Part shown: positions 15,400-30,400 of the stretch, piece after piece
How positions within the stretch are numbered: the stretch's first letter is position 1
Layout of the letters: every line of letters starts with the position of its first letter
NCBI GenBank assembly: GCA_964016885.1
Contig: OZ024743.1
Span: 209,808,001 to 209,872,000 of the forward strand
Source: Eledone cirrhosa
Lineage: Eukaryota
DNA length: 64,000 nt
Direction: 5' to 3'
Program-made: the position numbers and the translations under genes
The notes under the pieces: generated by a model
What the model saw: only the letters and a program-made list of their open reading frames with translations
Databases searched by the model: none
What the model was told of the DNA's origin: nothing

Positions 15400-18300
15400 T
15401 CAGTTTACCATCTTATAGCCACAGATGAAAGCTCTTCACTCCATAAGTTATACCACAGTTTACCATCCTATAGCCACACATGATAGCTCTTCACTCCATA
15501 AGATATACCACAGTTTACCATGCTATAGCCACAGATGAAAGCTGTTCACTCCATCAGATATACCACAGTTTACCATCCTATAGCCACACATGAAAGCTCT
15601 TCACTCCATAAGATATACCACAGTTTACCATCCTATAGCCACAGATGAAAGCTGTTAACTCCATAAGATATACAACAGTTTACCATCCTATAGCCACAGA
15701 TGAAAGCTGTTCACTCCATAAGATATACGACAGTTTACCATCCTATAGCCAGATGAAAGCTCTTCACTCCATAAGATATACCACAGATTACCATCCTATA
15801 GTCACAGATGAAAGCTCTTCACTCCATCAGATATACCACAGTTTACCATCCTATAGCCAGATGAAAGCTCTTCACTCCATGAGATATACCACAGTTTACC
15901 ATCCTATAGCCAGATGAAAGCTCTTCACTCCATAAGATATACCACAGTTTACCATCCTATAGCCACAGATGAAAGCTCTTCACTCCTTAAGATATACCAC
16001 AGTTTACCATCCTATAGCCACAGATAAAAGCTCTTCACTCCATAAGATATACCACAGTTCACCATCCTATAGCCACAGATGAAAGCTCTTCACTCCATAA
16101 GATATACCACAGTTTACCATCCTATAGCCACACAGGAAAGCTCTTGACTCCATAAGATATACCACAGTTTACCATCCTATAGCCACAGCTGAAAGCTCTT
16201 CACCCCATAAGATATACCACAGTTTACCATCCTATAGCCACACATGAAAGCTCTTCACCCCATAAGATATACCACAGTTTACCATCCTATTGCCACACAT
16301 GAAAGTTCTTCACTCGATAAGTTATACCACAGTTTACCATCCTATAGCCACACATGAAAGTTCTTCACTCCATAAGATATACCACAGTTTACCACCCTAT
16401 AGCAAGATGAAAGCTCTTCACTCCATAAGATATACGACAGTTTACCATCCTATAGCCACACATGAAAACTCTTCAATCCATAAGATATACCTCAGTTTAC
16501 CATCTTATAGCCACAGATGAAAGCTCTTCACTCCATAAGATATACCACGGTTTACCATCCTATAGCCACACATGAAAGCTCTTCACGCCATAAGATATAC
16601 CTCAGTTTACCATCCTATAGCCACAGATGAAAGCTCTTCACTCCATAAGATATACCACAGTTTACCATCCTATAGCCACACATGAGAGCTCCTCACTCCA
16701 TAAGATATACCACAGTTTACCATCCTATAGCCACAGATGAAAGCTCCTCACTCCATAAGATATACCACAGTTTACCATCCTATGGCCACACATGAAAGCT
16801 CTTCACCCCATAAGATATACCTCAGTTTACCATCCTATAGCCACAGATGAAAGCTCTTCACTCCATAATATATACCACAGTTTACCATCCTATAGCCACA
16901 CATGAAAGCTCTTCACTCCATAAGATATACCACAGTTTACCATCCTATGGCCACACATGAAAGCTCTTCACCCCATAAGATATACCACAGTTTACCATCC
17001 TATAGCCACACATGAAAGCTCTTCACTCCATAAGATATACCACAGTTTACCATCCTATAGCCACAGATGAAAGCTCTTCACTCCATAAGATATACCACAG
17101 TTTACCATCCTATAGCCACAGATGAAACCTCTTCACCCCATAAGATATACCACAGTTTACCATCCTATAGCCACACATGAAAGCTCTTCACCACATAAGA
17201 TATACCACAGTTTACCATCCTATTGCCACACATGAAAGTTCTTCACTCGATAAGATATACCACAGTTTACCATCCAATAGCCACACATGAAAGCTCTTCA
17301 CTCCATAAGATATACGACAGTTTACCATCCTATAGCCACACATGAAAGCTCTTCAATCCATAAGCTATACCCCAGTTTACCATCCTATAGCCAGATGAAA
17401 GCTCTTCACTCCATAAGATATACCACAGTTTACCACCCTATAGCCACAGATGATAGCTCTTCACTCCATGAGATATACCACAGTTTACCATCCTATAGCC
17501 ACGCCACGGATGAAAGCTCTTCACTCCATAAGATATACGACAGTTTACCATCCTATAGCCAGATGAAAGCTCTTCACTCAATAAGATATACCACAGTTTA
17601 CCATCCTATAGCCACACATGAAAGCTCTTCACTCGATAAGATATACCACAGTTTACCATCCTATAGCCACACATGAAAGCTCTTCACTCCATAAGATATA
17701 CCACAGTTTACCATCATATAGCCACACATGAAAGCTCTTCAATCCATAAGATATACCACAGTTTACCATCCTATAGCCAGATGAAAGCTCTTCACTCCAT
17801 AAGATATACCACAGTTTACCATCTTATAGACACAGATGAAAGCTCTTCACTCCATAAGATATACCACAGTTTACCATCCTATAGCCACAGATGAAAGTTC
17901 TTCACTCCATAAGATATACCACAGTTTACCATCCTATAGCCACAGATGAAAGCTCTTCACTCCATAAGATATACCACAGTTTACCATCCTATAGTCACAG
18001 ATGAAAGCTGTTCACTCCATAAGATATACGACAGTTTACCATCCTATAGCCACAGATGAAAGCTGTTCACTCCATAAGATATACGACAGTTTACCATCCT
18101 ATAGCTAGATGAAAGCTCTTCACTCCATAAGATATACCACAGTTTACCATTCTATAGCCACAGATGAAAGCTCTTCACTCCATAAGATATACCACAGTTT
18201 ACCATCCTATAGCCAGATGAAAGCTCTTCACTCCATAAGATATACCACAGTTTACCATCCTATAGCCAGATGAAAGCTCTTCACTCAATAAGATATACCA

Positions 18301-21300
18301 CAGTTTACCATCCTATAGCCACAGATGAAAGCACTTCACTCCATAAGATATACTACAGTTTACCATCCTATAGCCACACATGAAAGCTCTTCACTCCATA
18401 AGATATACCACAGTTTACCATCCTATAGCCACACATGAAAGCTCTTCACTCCATAAGATATACCACAGTTTACCATCCTATAGCCACAGATGAAAGCTCT
18501 TCACCCCATAAGATATACCACAGTTTACCATCCTATAGCCACACATGAAAGCTCTTCACTCCATAAGACATACCACAGTTTACCATCCTATAGCCAGATG
18601 AAAGCTCTTCACTCCATAAGATATACGACAGTTTACCATCCTATAGCCACACATGAAATCTCTTCACTCGATAAGATATACCTCAGTTTACCATCGTATA
18701 GCCACAGATGAAAGCTCTTCACTTCATAAGATATACCACAGTTTACCATCCTATAGCCACATATGAAAGCTCTTCACGCCATAAGATATACCTCAGTTTA
18801 CCATCCTATAGCCACAGATGGAAGCTCTTCACTCCATAAGATATACCACAGTTTACTCTCCTATAGCCACACATGAGAGCTCTTCACTCCATAAGATATA
18901 CCACAGTTTACCATCCTATGGCCACACATGAAAGCTCTTCACCCCATAAGATATACCACAGTTTACCAGCCTATAGCCAGATGAAAGCTCTTCACTCCGT
19001 AAAATATACCACAGTTTACCTTCCTATAGCCACACATGAAAGCTCTTCACCCCATAAGATATACCACAGTTTACCATCCTATAGCCACACATGAAAGCTC
19101 TTCACTCCATAAGATATACCACAGTTTACCATCCTATAGCCACAGATGAAAGCTCTTCACTCCATAAGATATACCACAGTTTACCATCCTATAGCCACAG
19201 ATGAAACCTCTTCACCCCATAAGATATACCACAGTTTACCATCCTATAGCCACACATGAAAGCTCTTCACCACATAAGATATACCACAGTTTACCATCCT
19301 ATTGCCACACATGAAAGTTCTTCACTCGATAAGATATACCACAGTTTACCATCCAATAGCCACACATGAAAGCTCTTCACTCCATAACATATACCACAGT
19401 TTACCATCCTATAGCCAGATGAAAGCTCTTCACTCCATAAGATATACGACAGTTTACCATCCTATAGCCACACATGAAAGCGCTTCAATCCATAAGATAT
19501 ACCTCAGTTTACCATCTTATAGCCACAGATGAAAGCTCTTCACTCCATAAGTTATACCACAGTTTACCATCCTATAGCCACACATGAAAGCTCTTCACTC
19601 CATAAGATATACCACAGTTTACCATGCTATAGCCACAGATGAAAGCTGTTCACTCCATCAGATATACCACAGTTTACCATCCTATAGCCACACATGAAAG
19701 CTCTTCACTCCATAAGATATACCACAGTTTACCATCCTATAGCCACAGATGAAAGCTGTTAACTCCATAAGATATACGACAGTTTACCATCCTATAGCCA
19801 CAGATGAAAGCTGTTCACTCCATAAGATATACGACAGTTTACCATCCTATAGCCAGATGAAAGCTCTTCACTCCATAAGATATACCACAGATTACCATCC
19901 TATAGCCACAGATGAAAGCTGTTCACTCCATAAGATATACCACAGTTTACCATCCTATAGCCAGATGAAAGCTCTTCACTCCATAAGATATACCACAGTT
20001 TACCATCCTATAGCCACAGATGAAAGCTCTTCACTCCATCAGATATACCACAGGTTACCATCCTATAGCCAGATGAAAGCTCTTCACTCCATGAGATATA
20101 CCACAGTTTACCATCCTATAGCCAGATGAAAGCTCTTCACTCCATAAGATATACCACAGTTTACCATCCTATAGCCACAGATGAAAGCTCTTCACTCCTT
20201 AAGATATACCACAGTTTACCATCCTATAGCCACAGATAAAAGCTCTTCACTCCATAAGATATACCACAGTTCACCATCCTATAGCCACAGATGAAAGCTC
20301 TTCACTCCATAAGATATACCACAGTTTACCATCCTATAGCCACACAGGAAAGCTCTTGACTCCATAAGATATACCACAGTTTACCATCCTATAGCCACAC
20401 AGGAAAGCTCTTGACTCCATAAGATATACCACAGTTTACCATCCTATAGCCACAGCTGAAAGCTCTTCACCCCATAAGATATACCACAGTTTACCATCCT
20501 ATAGCCACACATGAAAGCTCTTCACCCCATAAGATATACCACAGTTTACCATCCTATAGCCACACATGAGAGCTCCTCACTCCATAAGATATACCACAGT
20601 TTACCATCCTATAGCCACACATGAAAGCTCTTCACTCCATAAGATATACCACAGTTTACCATCCTATGGCCACACATGAAAGCTCTTCACCCCATAAGAT
20701 ATACCACAGTTTACCATCCTATAGCCACACATGAAAGCTCTTCACTCCATAAGATATACCACAGTTTACCATCCTATAGCCAGATGAAAGCTCTTCACTC
20801 CATAAGATATACCACAGTTTACCATCCTATAGCCACATGAAAGCTCTTCACTCCATAAGATATACCACAGTTTACATTCATATAGCCACACATGAAAGTT
20901 CTTCACTCGATAAGATATACCACAGTTTACCATCCTATAGCCACACATGAAAGCTCTTCACTCCATAAGATATACCACAGTTTACCATCCTATAGCCAGA
21001 TGAAAGCTCTTCACTCCATAAGATATAACACAGTTTACCATCCTATAGCCACACATGAGAGCTCTTCACTCCATAAGATATACCACAGTTTACCATCCTA
21101 TAGCCACAGATGAAAGCTCATCACTCCATAAGATATACCACAGTTTACCATCCTATGGCCACACATGAAATCTCTTCACCCCATAAGATATACCTCAGTT
21201 TACCATCCTATAGCCACAGATGAAAGCTCTTCACTCCATAATATATACCACAGTTTACCATCCTATAGCCACACATGAAAGCTCTTCACTCCATAAGATA

Positions 21301-24300
21301 TACCACAGTTTACCATCCTATGGCCACACATGAAAGCTCTTCACCCCATAAGATATACCACAGTTTACCATCCTATAGCCACACATGAAAGCTCTTCACT
21401 CCATAAGATATACCACAGTTTACCATCCTATAGCCACAGATGAAAGCTCTTCACTCCATAAGATATACCACAGTTTACCATCCTATAGCCACAGATGAAA
21501 CCTCTTCACCCCATAAGATATACCACAGTTTACCATCCTATAGCCACACATGAAAGCTCTTCACCACATAAGATATACCACAGTTTACCATCCTATTGCC
21601 ACACATGAAAGTTCTTCACTCGATAAGATATACCACAGTTTACCATCCAATAGCCACACATGAAAGCTCTTCACTCCATAAGATATACCACAGTTTACCA
21701 TCCTATAGCCAGATGAAAGCTCTTCACTCCATAAGATATACGACAGTTTACCATCCTATAGCCACACATGAAAGCTCTTCAATCCATAAGCTATACCCCA
21801 GTTTACCATCCTATAGCCAGATGAAAGCTCTTCACTCCATAAGATATACCACAGTTTACCACCCTATAGCCACAGATGATATCTCTTCACTCCATGAGAT
21901 ATACCACAGTTTACCATCCTATAGCCACGCCACGGATGAAAGCTCTTCACTCCATAAGATATACGACAGTTTACCATCCTATAGCCAGATGAAAGCTCTT
22001 CACTCAATAAGATATACCACAGTTTACCATCCTATAGCCACACATGAAAGCTCTTCACTCGATAAGATATACCACAGTTTACCATCCTATAGCCACACAT
22101 GAAAGCTCTTCACTCCATAAGATATACCACAGTTTACCATCCTATAGCCACACATGAAAGCTCTTCACTCCATAAGATATCCCACAGTTTACCATCATAT
22201 AGCCACACATGAAAGCTCTTCACTCCATAAGATATACCACAGTTTACCATCCTATAGCCAGATGAAAGCTCTTCACTCCATAAGATATACCACAGTTTAC
22301 CATCCTATAGCCACAGATGAAAGCTCTTCACTCCATAAGATATACCACAGTTTACCATCCTATAGCCACAGATGAAAGCTCTTCACTCCATAAGATATAC
22401 CACAGTTTACCATCCTATAGCCACAGATGAAAGCTCTTCACTCCATAAGATATACCACAGTTTACCATCCTATAGTCACAGATGAAAGCTGTTCACTCCA
22501 TAAGATATATGACAGTTTACCATCCTATAGCCACAGATGAAAGCTGTTCACTCCATAAGATATACGACAGTTTACCATCCTATAGCTAGATGAAAGCTCT
22601 TCACTCCATAAGATATACCACAGTTTACCATTCTATAGCCACAGATGAAAGCTCTTCACTCCATAAGATATACCACAGTTTACCATCCTATAGCCAGATG
22701 AAAGCTCTTCACTCCATAAGATATACCACAGTTTACCATCCTATAGCCAGATGAAAGCTCTTCACTCAATAAGATATACCACAGTTTACCATCCTATAGC
22801 CACAGATGAAAGCACTTCACTCCATAAGATATACTACAGTTTACCATCCTATAACCACACATAAAAGCTCTTCACTCCATAAGATATACCACAGTTTACC
22901 ATCCTATAGCCACACATGAAAGCTCTTCACTCCATAAGATATACCACAGTTTACCATCCTATAGCCACAGATGAAAGCTCTTCACCCCATAAGATATACC
23001 ACAGTTTACCATCCTATAGCCACACATGAAAGCTCTTCACTCCATAAGACATACCACAGTTTACCATCCTATAGCCAGATGAAAGCTCTTCACTCCATAA
23101 GATATACGACAGTTTACCATCCTATAGCCACACATGAAATCTCTTCACTCGATAAGATATACCTCAGTTTACCATCGTATAGCCACAGATGAAAGCTCTT
23201 CACTTCATAAGATATACCACAGTTTACCATCCTATAGCCACATATGAAAGCTCTTCACGCCATAAGATATACCTCAGTTTACCATCCTATAGCCACAGAT
23301 GGAAGCTCTTCACTCCATAAGATATACCACAGTTTACTCTCCTATAGCCACACATGAGAGCTCTTCACTCCATAAGATATACCACAGTTTACCATCCTAT
23401 GGCCACACATGAAAGCTCTTCACCCCATAAGATATACCACAGTTTACCATCCTATAGCCAGATGAAAGCTCTTCACTCCGTAAAATATACCACAGTTTAC
23501 CATCCTATAGCCACACATGAAAGCTCTTCACCCCATAAGATATACCACAGTTTACCATCCTATAGCCACACATGAAAGCTCTTCACTCCATAAGATATAC
23601 CACAGTTTACCATCCTATAGCCACAGATGAAAGCTCTTCACTCCATAAGATATACCACAGTTTACCATCCTATAGCCACAGATGAAACCTCTTCACCCCA
23701 TAAGATATACCACAGTTTACCATCCTATAGCCACACATGAAAGCTCTTCACCACATAAGATATACCACAGTTTACCATCCTATTGCCACACATGAAAGTT
23801 CTTCACTCGATAAGATATACCACAGTTTACCATCCAATAGCCACACATGAAAGCTCTTCACTCCATAAGATATACCACAGTTTACCATCCTATAGCCAGA
23901 TGAAAGCTCTTCACTCCATAAGATATACGACAGTTTACCATCCTATAGCCACACATGAAAGCTCTTCAATCCATAAGCTATACCCCAGTTTACCATCCTA
24001 TAGCCAGATGAAAGCTCTTCACTCCATAAGATATACCACAGTTTACAACCCTATAGCCACAGATGATAGCTCTTCACTCCATGAGATATACCACAGTTTA
24101 CCATCCTATAGCCACGCCACGGATGAAAGCTCTTCACTCCATAAGATATACGACAGTTTACCATCCTATAGCCAGATGAAAGCTCTTCACTCAATAAGAT
24201 ATACCACAGTTTACCATCCTATAGCCACACATGAAAGCTCTTCACTCGATAAGATATACCACAGTTTACCATCCTATAGCCACACATGAAAGCTCTTCAC

Positions 24301-25800
24301 TCCATAAGATATACCACAGTTTACCATCCTATAGCCACACATGAAAGCTCTTCACTCCATAAGATATCCCACAGTTTACCATCATATAGCCACACATGAA
24401 AGCTCTTCACTCCATAAGATATACCACAGTTTACCATCCTATAGCCAGATGAAAGCTCTTCACTCCATAAGATATACCACAGTTTACCATCCTATAGCCA
24501 CAGATGAAAGCTCTTCACTCCATAAGATATACCACAGTTTACCATCCTATAGCCACAGATGAAAGCTCTTCACTCCATAAGATATACCACAGTTTACCAT
24601 CCTATAGCCACAGATGAAAGCTCTTCACTCCATAAGATATACCACAGTTTACCATCCTATAGTCACAGATGAAAGCTGTTCACTCCATAAGATATACGAC
24701 AGTTTACCATCCTATAGCCACAGATGAAAGCTGTTCACTCCATAAGATATACGACAGTTTACCATCCTATAGCTAGATGAAAGCTCTTCACTCCATAAGA
24801 TATACCACAGTTTACCATTCTATAGCCACAGATGAAAGCTCTTCACTCCATAAGATATACCACAGTTTACCATCCTATAGCCAGATGAAAGCTCTTCACT
24901 CCATAAGATATACCACAGTTTACCATCCTATAGCCAGATGAAAGCTCTTCACTCAATAAGATATACCACAGTTTACCATCCTATAGCCACAGATGAAAGC
25001 ACTTCACTCCATAAGATATACTACAGTTTACCATCCTATAGCCACACATGAAAGCTCTTCACTCCATAAGATATACCACAGTTTACCATCCTATAGCCAC
25101 ACATGAAAGCTCTTCACTCCATAAGATATACCACAGTTTACCATCCTATAGCCACAGATGAAAGCTCTTCACCCCATAAGATATACCACAGTTTACCATC
25201 CTATTGCCACACATGAAAGCTCTTCACTCCATAAGATATACCATAGTTTACCATCCTATAGCCACACATGAAAGCTCTTCACTCCATAAGACATACCACA
25301 GTTTACCATCCTATAGCCAGATGAAAGCTCTTCACTCCATAAGATATACGACAGTTTACCATCCTATAGCCACACATGAAATCTCTTCACTCGATAAGAT
25401 ATACCTCAGTTTACCATCGTATAGCCACAGATGAAAGCTCTTCACTTCATAAGATATACCACAGTTTACCATCCTATAGCCACATATGAAAGCTCTTCAC
25501 GCCATAAGATATACCTCAGTTTACCATCCTATAGCCACAGATGGAAGCTCTTCACTCCATAAGATATACCACAGTTTACTCTCCTATAGCCACACATGAG
25601 AGCTCTTCACTCCATAAGATATACCACAGTTTACCATCCTATGGCCACACATGAAAGCTCTTCACCCCATAAGATATACCACAGTTTACCATCCTATAGC
25701 CAGATGAAAGCTCTTCACTCCGTAAAATATACCACAGTTTACCATCCTATAGCCACACATGAAAGCTCTTCACTTCTTAAGATATACCACAGTTTACCAT
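15400..25800 (+). repeat. Mosaic of kb-scale duplicated blocks (offsets 4104, 4481 and 2187/2242)
   Basis: ORF pairs: 15645/19749 (+4104); 18490/22971, 18873/23354 and 19302/23783 (+4481); 21596/23783 and 22154/24341 (+2187); 23354/25596 (+2242). Shared private variants include AAGCTATACCCC, GAAACCTC, CACCACAT and ATCGTAT. Confidence 0.85.
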
Positions 25801-27441
25801 CCTATAGCCAGATGAAAGCTCTTCACTCCATAAGATATACCACAGTTTACCATCCTATAGCCACACATGAAATCTCTTCACTCCATAAGATATACCTCAG
25901 TTTACCATCCTATAGCCACAGATGAAAGCTCTTCACTCCATAAGATATACCACAGTTTACCATCCTATAGCCACACATGAAAGCTCTTCACGCCATAAGA
26001 TATACCTCAGTTTACCATCCTATAGCCACAGATGAAAGCTCTTCACTCCATAAGATATACCACAGTTTACTATCCTATAGCCACACATGAGAGCTCTTCA
26101 CTCCATAAGATATACCACAGTTTTCCATCCTATGGCCACACATGAAAGCTCTTCACCCCATAAGATATACCACAGTTTACCATCCTATAGCCAGATGAAA
26201 GCTCTTCACTCCATAAAATATACCACAGTTTACCATCCTATAGCCACACATGAAATCTCTTCACTCGATAAGATATACCACAGTTTACCATCTTATGGCC
26301 ACACATGAAAGCTCTTCACCCCATAAGATATACCTTAGTTTACCATCCTATAGCCACAGATGAAAGCTCTTCACTCCATAAGATATACCACAGTTTACCA
26401 TCCTATAGCCACACATGAAAGCTCTTCACTCCATAAGATATACCACAGTTTACCATCCTATGGCCACACATGAAAGCTCTTCACCCCATAAGATATACCA
26501 CAGTTTACCATCCTATAGCCACACATGAAAGCTCTTCACTCCATAAGATATACCACAGTTTACCATCCTATAGCCACACATGAGAGCTCTTCACTCCATA
26601 AGATATACCACAGTTTACCGTCCTATAGCCACAGATGAAAGCTCATCACTCCATAAGATATACCACAGTTTACCATCTTATGGCCACACATGAAAGCTCT
26701 TCACCCCATAAGATATACCTCAGTTTACCATCCTATAGCCACAGATGAAAGCTCTTCACTCCATAAGATATACCACAGTTTACCATCCTATAGCCACACA
26801 TGAAAGCTCTTCACTCCATAAGATATACCACAGTTTACCATCCTATGGCCACACATGAAAGCTCTTCACCCCATAAGATATACCACAGTTTACCATCCTA
26901 TAGCCACAGATGAAAGCTCTTCACCCCATAAGATATACCACAGTTTACCATCCTATAGCCACACATGAAAGCTCTTCACCCCATAAGATATACCACAGTT
27001 TACCATCCTATTACCAGACATGAAAGTTCTTCACTCGATAAGATATACCACAGTTTACCATCCTATAGCCAGATGAAAGCTCTTCACTCCATAAGATATA
27101 CGACAGTTTACCATCCTATAGCCACACATGAAATCTCTTCAATCCATAAGATATACCCCAGTTTACCATCCTATAGCCAGATGAAAGCTCTTCACTCCAT
27201 AAGATATACCACAGTTTACCACCCTATAGCCACAGATGAAAGCTCTTCACTCCATGAGATATACCACAGTTTACCATCCTATAGCCACGCCACGGATGAA
27301 AGCTCTTCACTCCATAAGATATACGACAGTTTACCATCCTATAGCCAGATGAAAGCTCTTCACTCAATAAGATATACCACAGTTTACCATCCTATAGCCA
27401 CACATGAAAGCTCTTCACTCGATAAGATATACCACAGTTTT

Positions 27442-30400
27442 CCATCCTATAGCCACACATGAAAGCTCTTCACTCCATAAGATATACCACAGTTTACCAT
27501 CCTATAGCCACACATGAAAGCTCTTCACTCCATAAGATATCCCACAGTTTACCATCATATAGCCACACATGAAAGCTCTTCACTCCATAAGATATACCAC
27601 AGTTTACCATCCTATAGCCAGATGAAAGCTCTTCACTCCATAAGATATACCACAGTTTACCATCCTATAGCCACAGATGAAAGCTCTTCACTCCATAAGA
27701 TATACCACAGTTTACCATCCTATAGCCACAGATGAAAGCTCTTCACTCCATAAGATATACCACAGTTTACCATCCTATAGCCACAGATGAAAGCTCTTCA
27801 CTCCATAAGATATACCACAGTTTACCATCCTATAGTCACAGATGAAAGCTGTTCACTCCATAAGATATACGACAGTTTACCATCCTATAGCCACAGATGA
27901 AAGCTGTTCACTCCATAAGATATACGACAGTTTACCATCCTATAGCTAGATGAAAGCTCTTCACTCCATAAGATATACCACAGTTTACCATCCTATAGCC
28001 ACAGATGAAAGCTCTTCACTCCATAAGATATACCATAGTTTACCATCCTATAGCCACACATGAAAGCTCTTCACTCCATAAGATATACCACAGTTTACCA
28101 TCCTATAGCCACACATGAAAGCTCTTCACTCCATAAGATATACCACAGTTTACCATCCTATAGCCACAGATGAAAGCTCTTCACTCCATAAGATATACCA
28201 CAGTTTACCATCCTATAGCCACAGATGAAAGCTCTTCACCCCATAAGATATACCACAGTTTACCATCCTATTGCCACGCATGAAAGCTCTTCACTCCATA
28301 AGATATACCACAGTTTACCATCCTATAGCCACACATGAAAGCTCTTCACTCCATAAGATATACCTCAGTTTACCATCCTATAGCTACAGATGGAAGCTCT
28401 TCACTCCATAAGATATACCACAGTTTACCATCCTATAGCCACACATGAAATCTCTTCACTCCATAAGATATACCTCAGTTTACCATCCTATAGCCACAGA
28501 TGAAAGCTCTTCACTCCATAAGATATACCACAGTTTACCATCCTATAGCCACATATGAAAGCTCTTCACGCCATAAGATATACCTCAGTTTACCATCCTA
28601 TAGCCACAGATGAAAGCTCTTCACTCCATAAGATATACCACAGTTTACTATCCTATAGCCACACATGAGAGCTCTTCACTCCATAAGATATACCACAGTT
28701 TTCCATCCTATGGCCACACATGAAAGCTCTTCACCCCATAAGATATACCACAGTTTACCATCCTATAGCCAGATGAAAGCTCTTCACTCCGTAAAATATA
28801 CCACAGTTTACCATCCTATAGCCACAGATGAAAGCTCTTCACTCCATAAGATATACCACAGTTGACCATCCTATAGCCACACATGAGAGCTCTTCACTCC
28901 ATAAGATATACCACAGTTTACCATCCTATAGCCACACATGAAAGCTCTTCACTCCATAAGATATACCACTGTTTACCATCCTATGGCCACACATGAAAGC
29001 ACTTCACTCCATAAGATATACCACAGTTTACCATCCTATAGCCAGATGAAAGCTCTTCACTCCATAAAATATACCACAGTTTACCATCCTATAGCCACAC
29101 ATGAAATCTCTTCACTCGATAAGATATACCTCAGTTTACCATCCTATAGCCACAGATGAAATCTCTTCACTCCATAAGATATACCACAGTTTACCATCCT
29201 ATAGCCACACATGAGAGCTCTTCACTCCATAAGATATACCACAGTTTACCATCCTATAGCCACAGATGAAAGCTCATCACTCCATAAGATATACCACAGT
29301 TTACCATCTTATGGCCACACATGAAAGCTCTTCACCCCATAAGATATACATCAGTTTACCATCCTATAGCCACAGATGAAAGCTCTTCACTCCATAAGAT
29401 ATACCACAGTTTACCATCCTATAGCCACACATGAAAGCTCTTCACTCCATAAGATATACCACAGTTTACCATCCTATGGCCACACATGAAAGCTCTTCAC
29501 CCCATAAGATATACCACAGTTTACCATCCTATAGCCACACATGAAAGCTCTTCACTCCATAAGATATACCACAGTTTACCATCCTATAGCCACACATGAG
29601 AGCTCTTCACTCCATAAGATATACCACAGTTTACCATCCTATAGCCACAGATGAAAGCTCATCACTCCATAAGATATACCACAGTTTACCATCTTATGGC
29701 CACACATGAAAGCTCTTCACCCCATAAGATATACCTCAGTTTACCATCCTATAGCCACAGATGAAAGCTCTTCACTCCATAACATATACCACAGTTTACC
29801 ATCCTATAGCCACACATGAAAGCTCTTCACTCCATAAGATATACCACAGTTTACCATCCTATAGCCACACATGAAAGCTCTTCACCCCTTAAGATATACC
29901 ACAGTTTACCATCCTATTGCCAGACATGAAAGTTCTTCACTCGATAAGATATACCACAGTTTACCATCCAATAGCCACACATGAAAGCTCTTCACTCCAT
30001 AAGATATACCACAGTTTACCATCCTATAGCCAGATGAAAGCTCTTCACTCCATAAGATATACGACAGTTTACCATCCTATAGCCACACATGAAATCTCTT
30101 CAATCCATAAGATATACCCCAGTTTACCATCCTATAGCCAGATGAAAGCTCTTCACTCCATAAGATATACCACAGTTTACCACCCTATAGCCACAGATGA
30201 AAGCTCTTCACTCCATGAGATATACCACAGTTTACCATCCTATAGCCACGCCACGGATGAAAGCTCTTCACTCCATAAGATATACGACAGTTTACCATCC
30301 TATAGCCAGATGAAAGCTCTTCACTCAATAAGATATACCACAGTTTACCATCCTATAGCCACACATGAAAGCTCTTCACTCGATAAGATATACCACAGTT

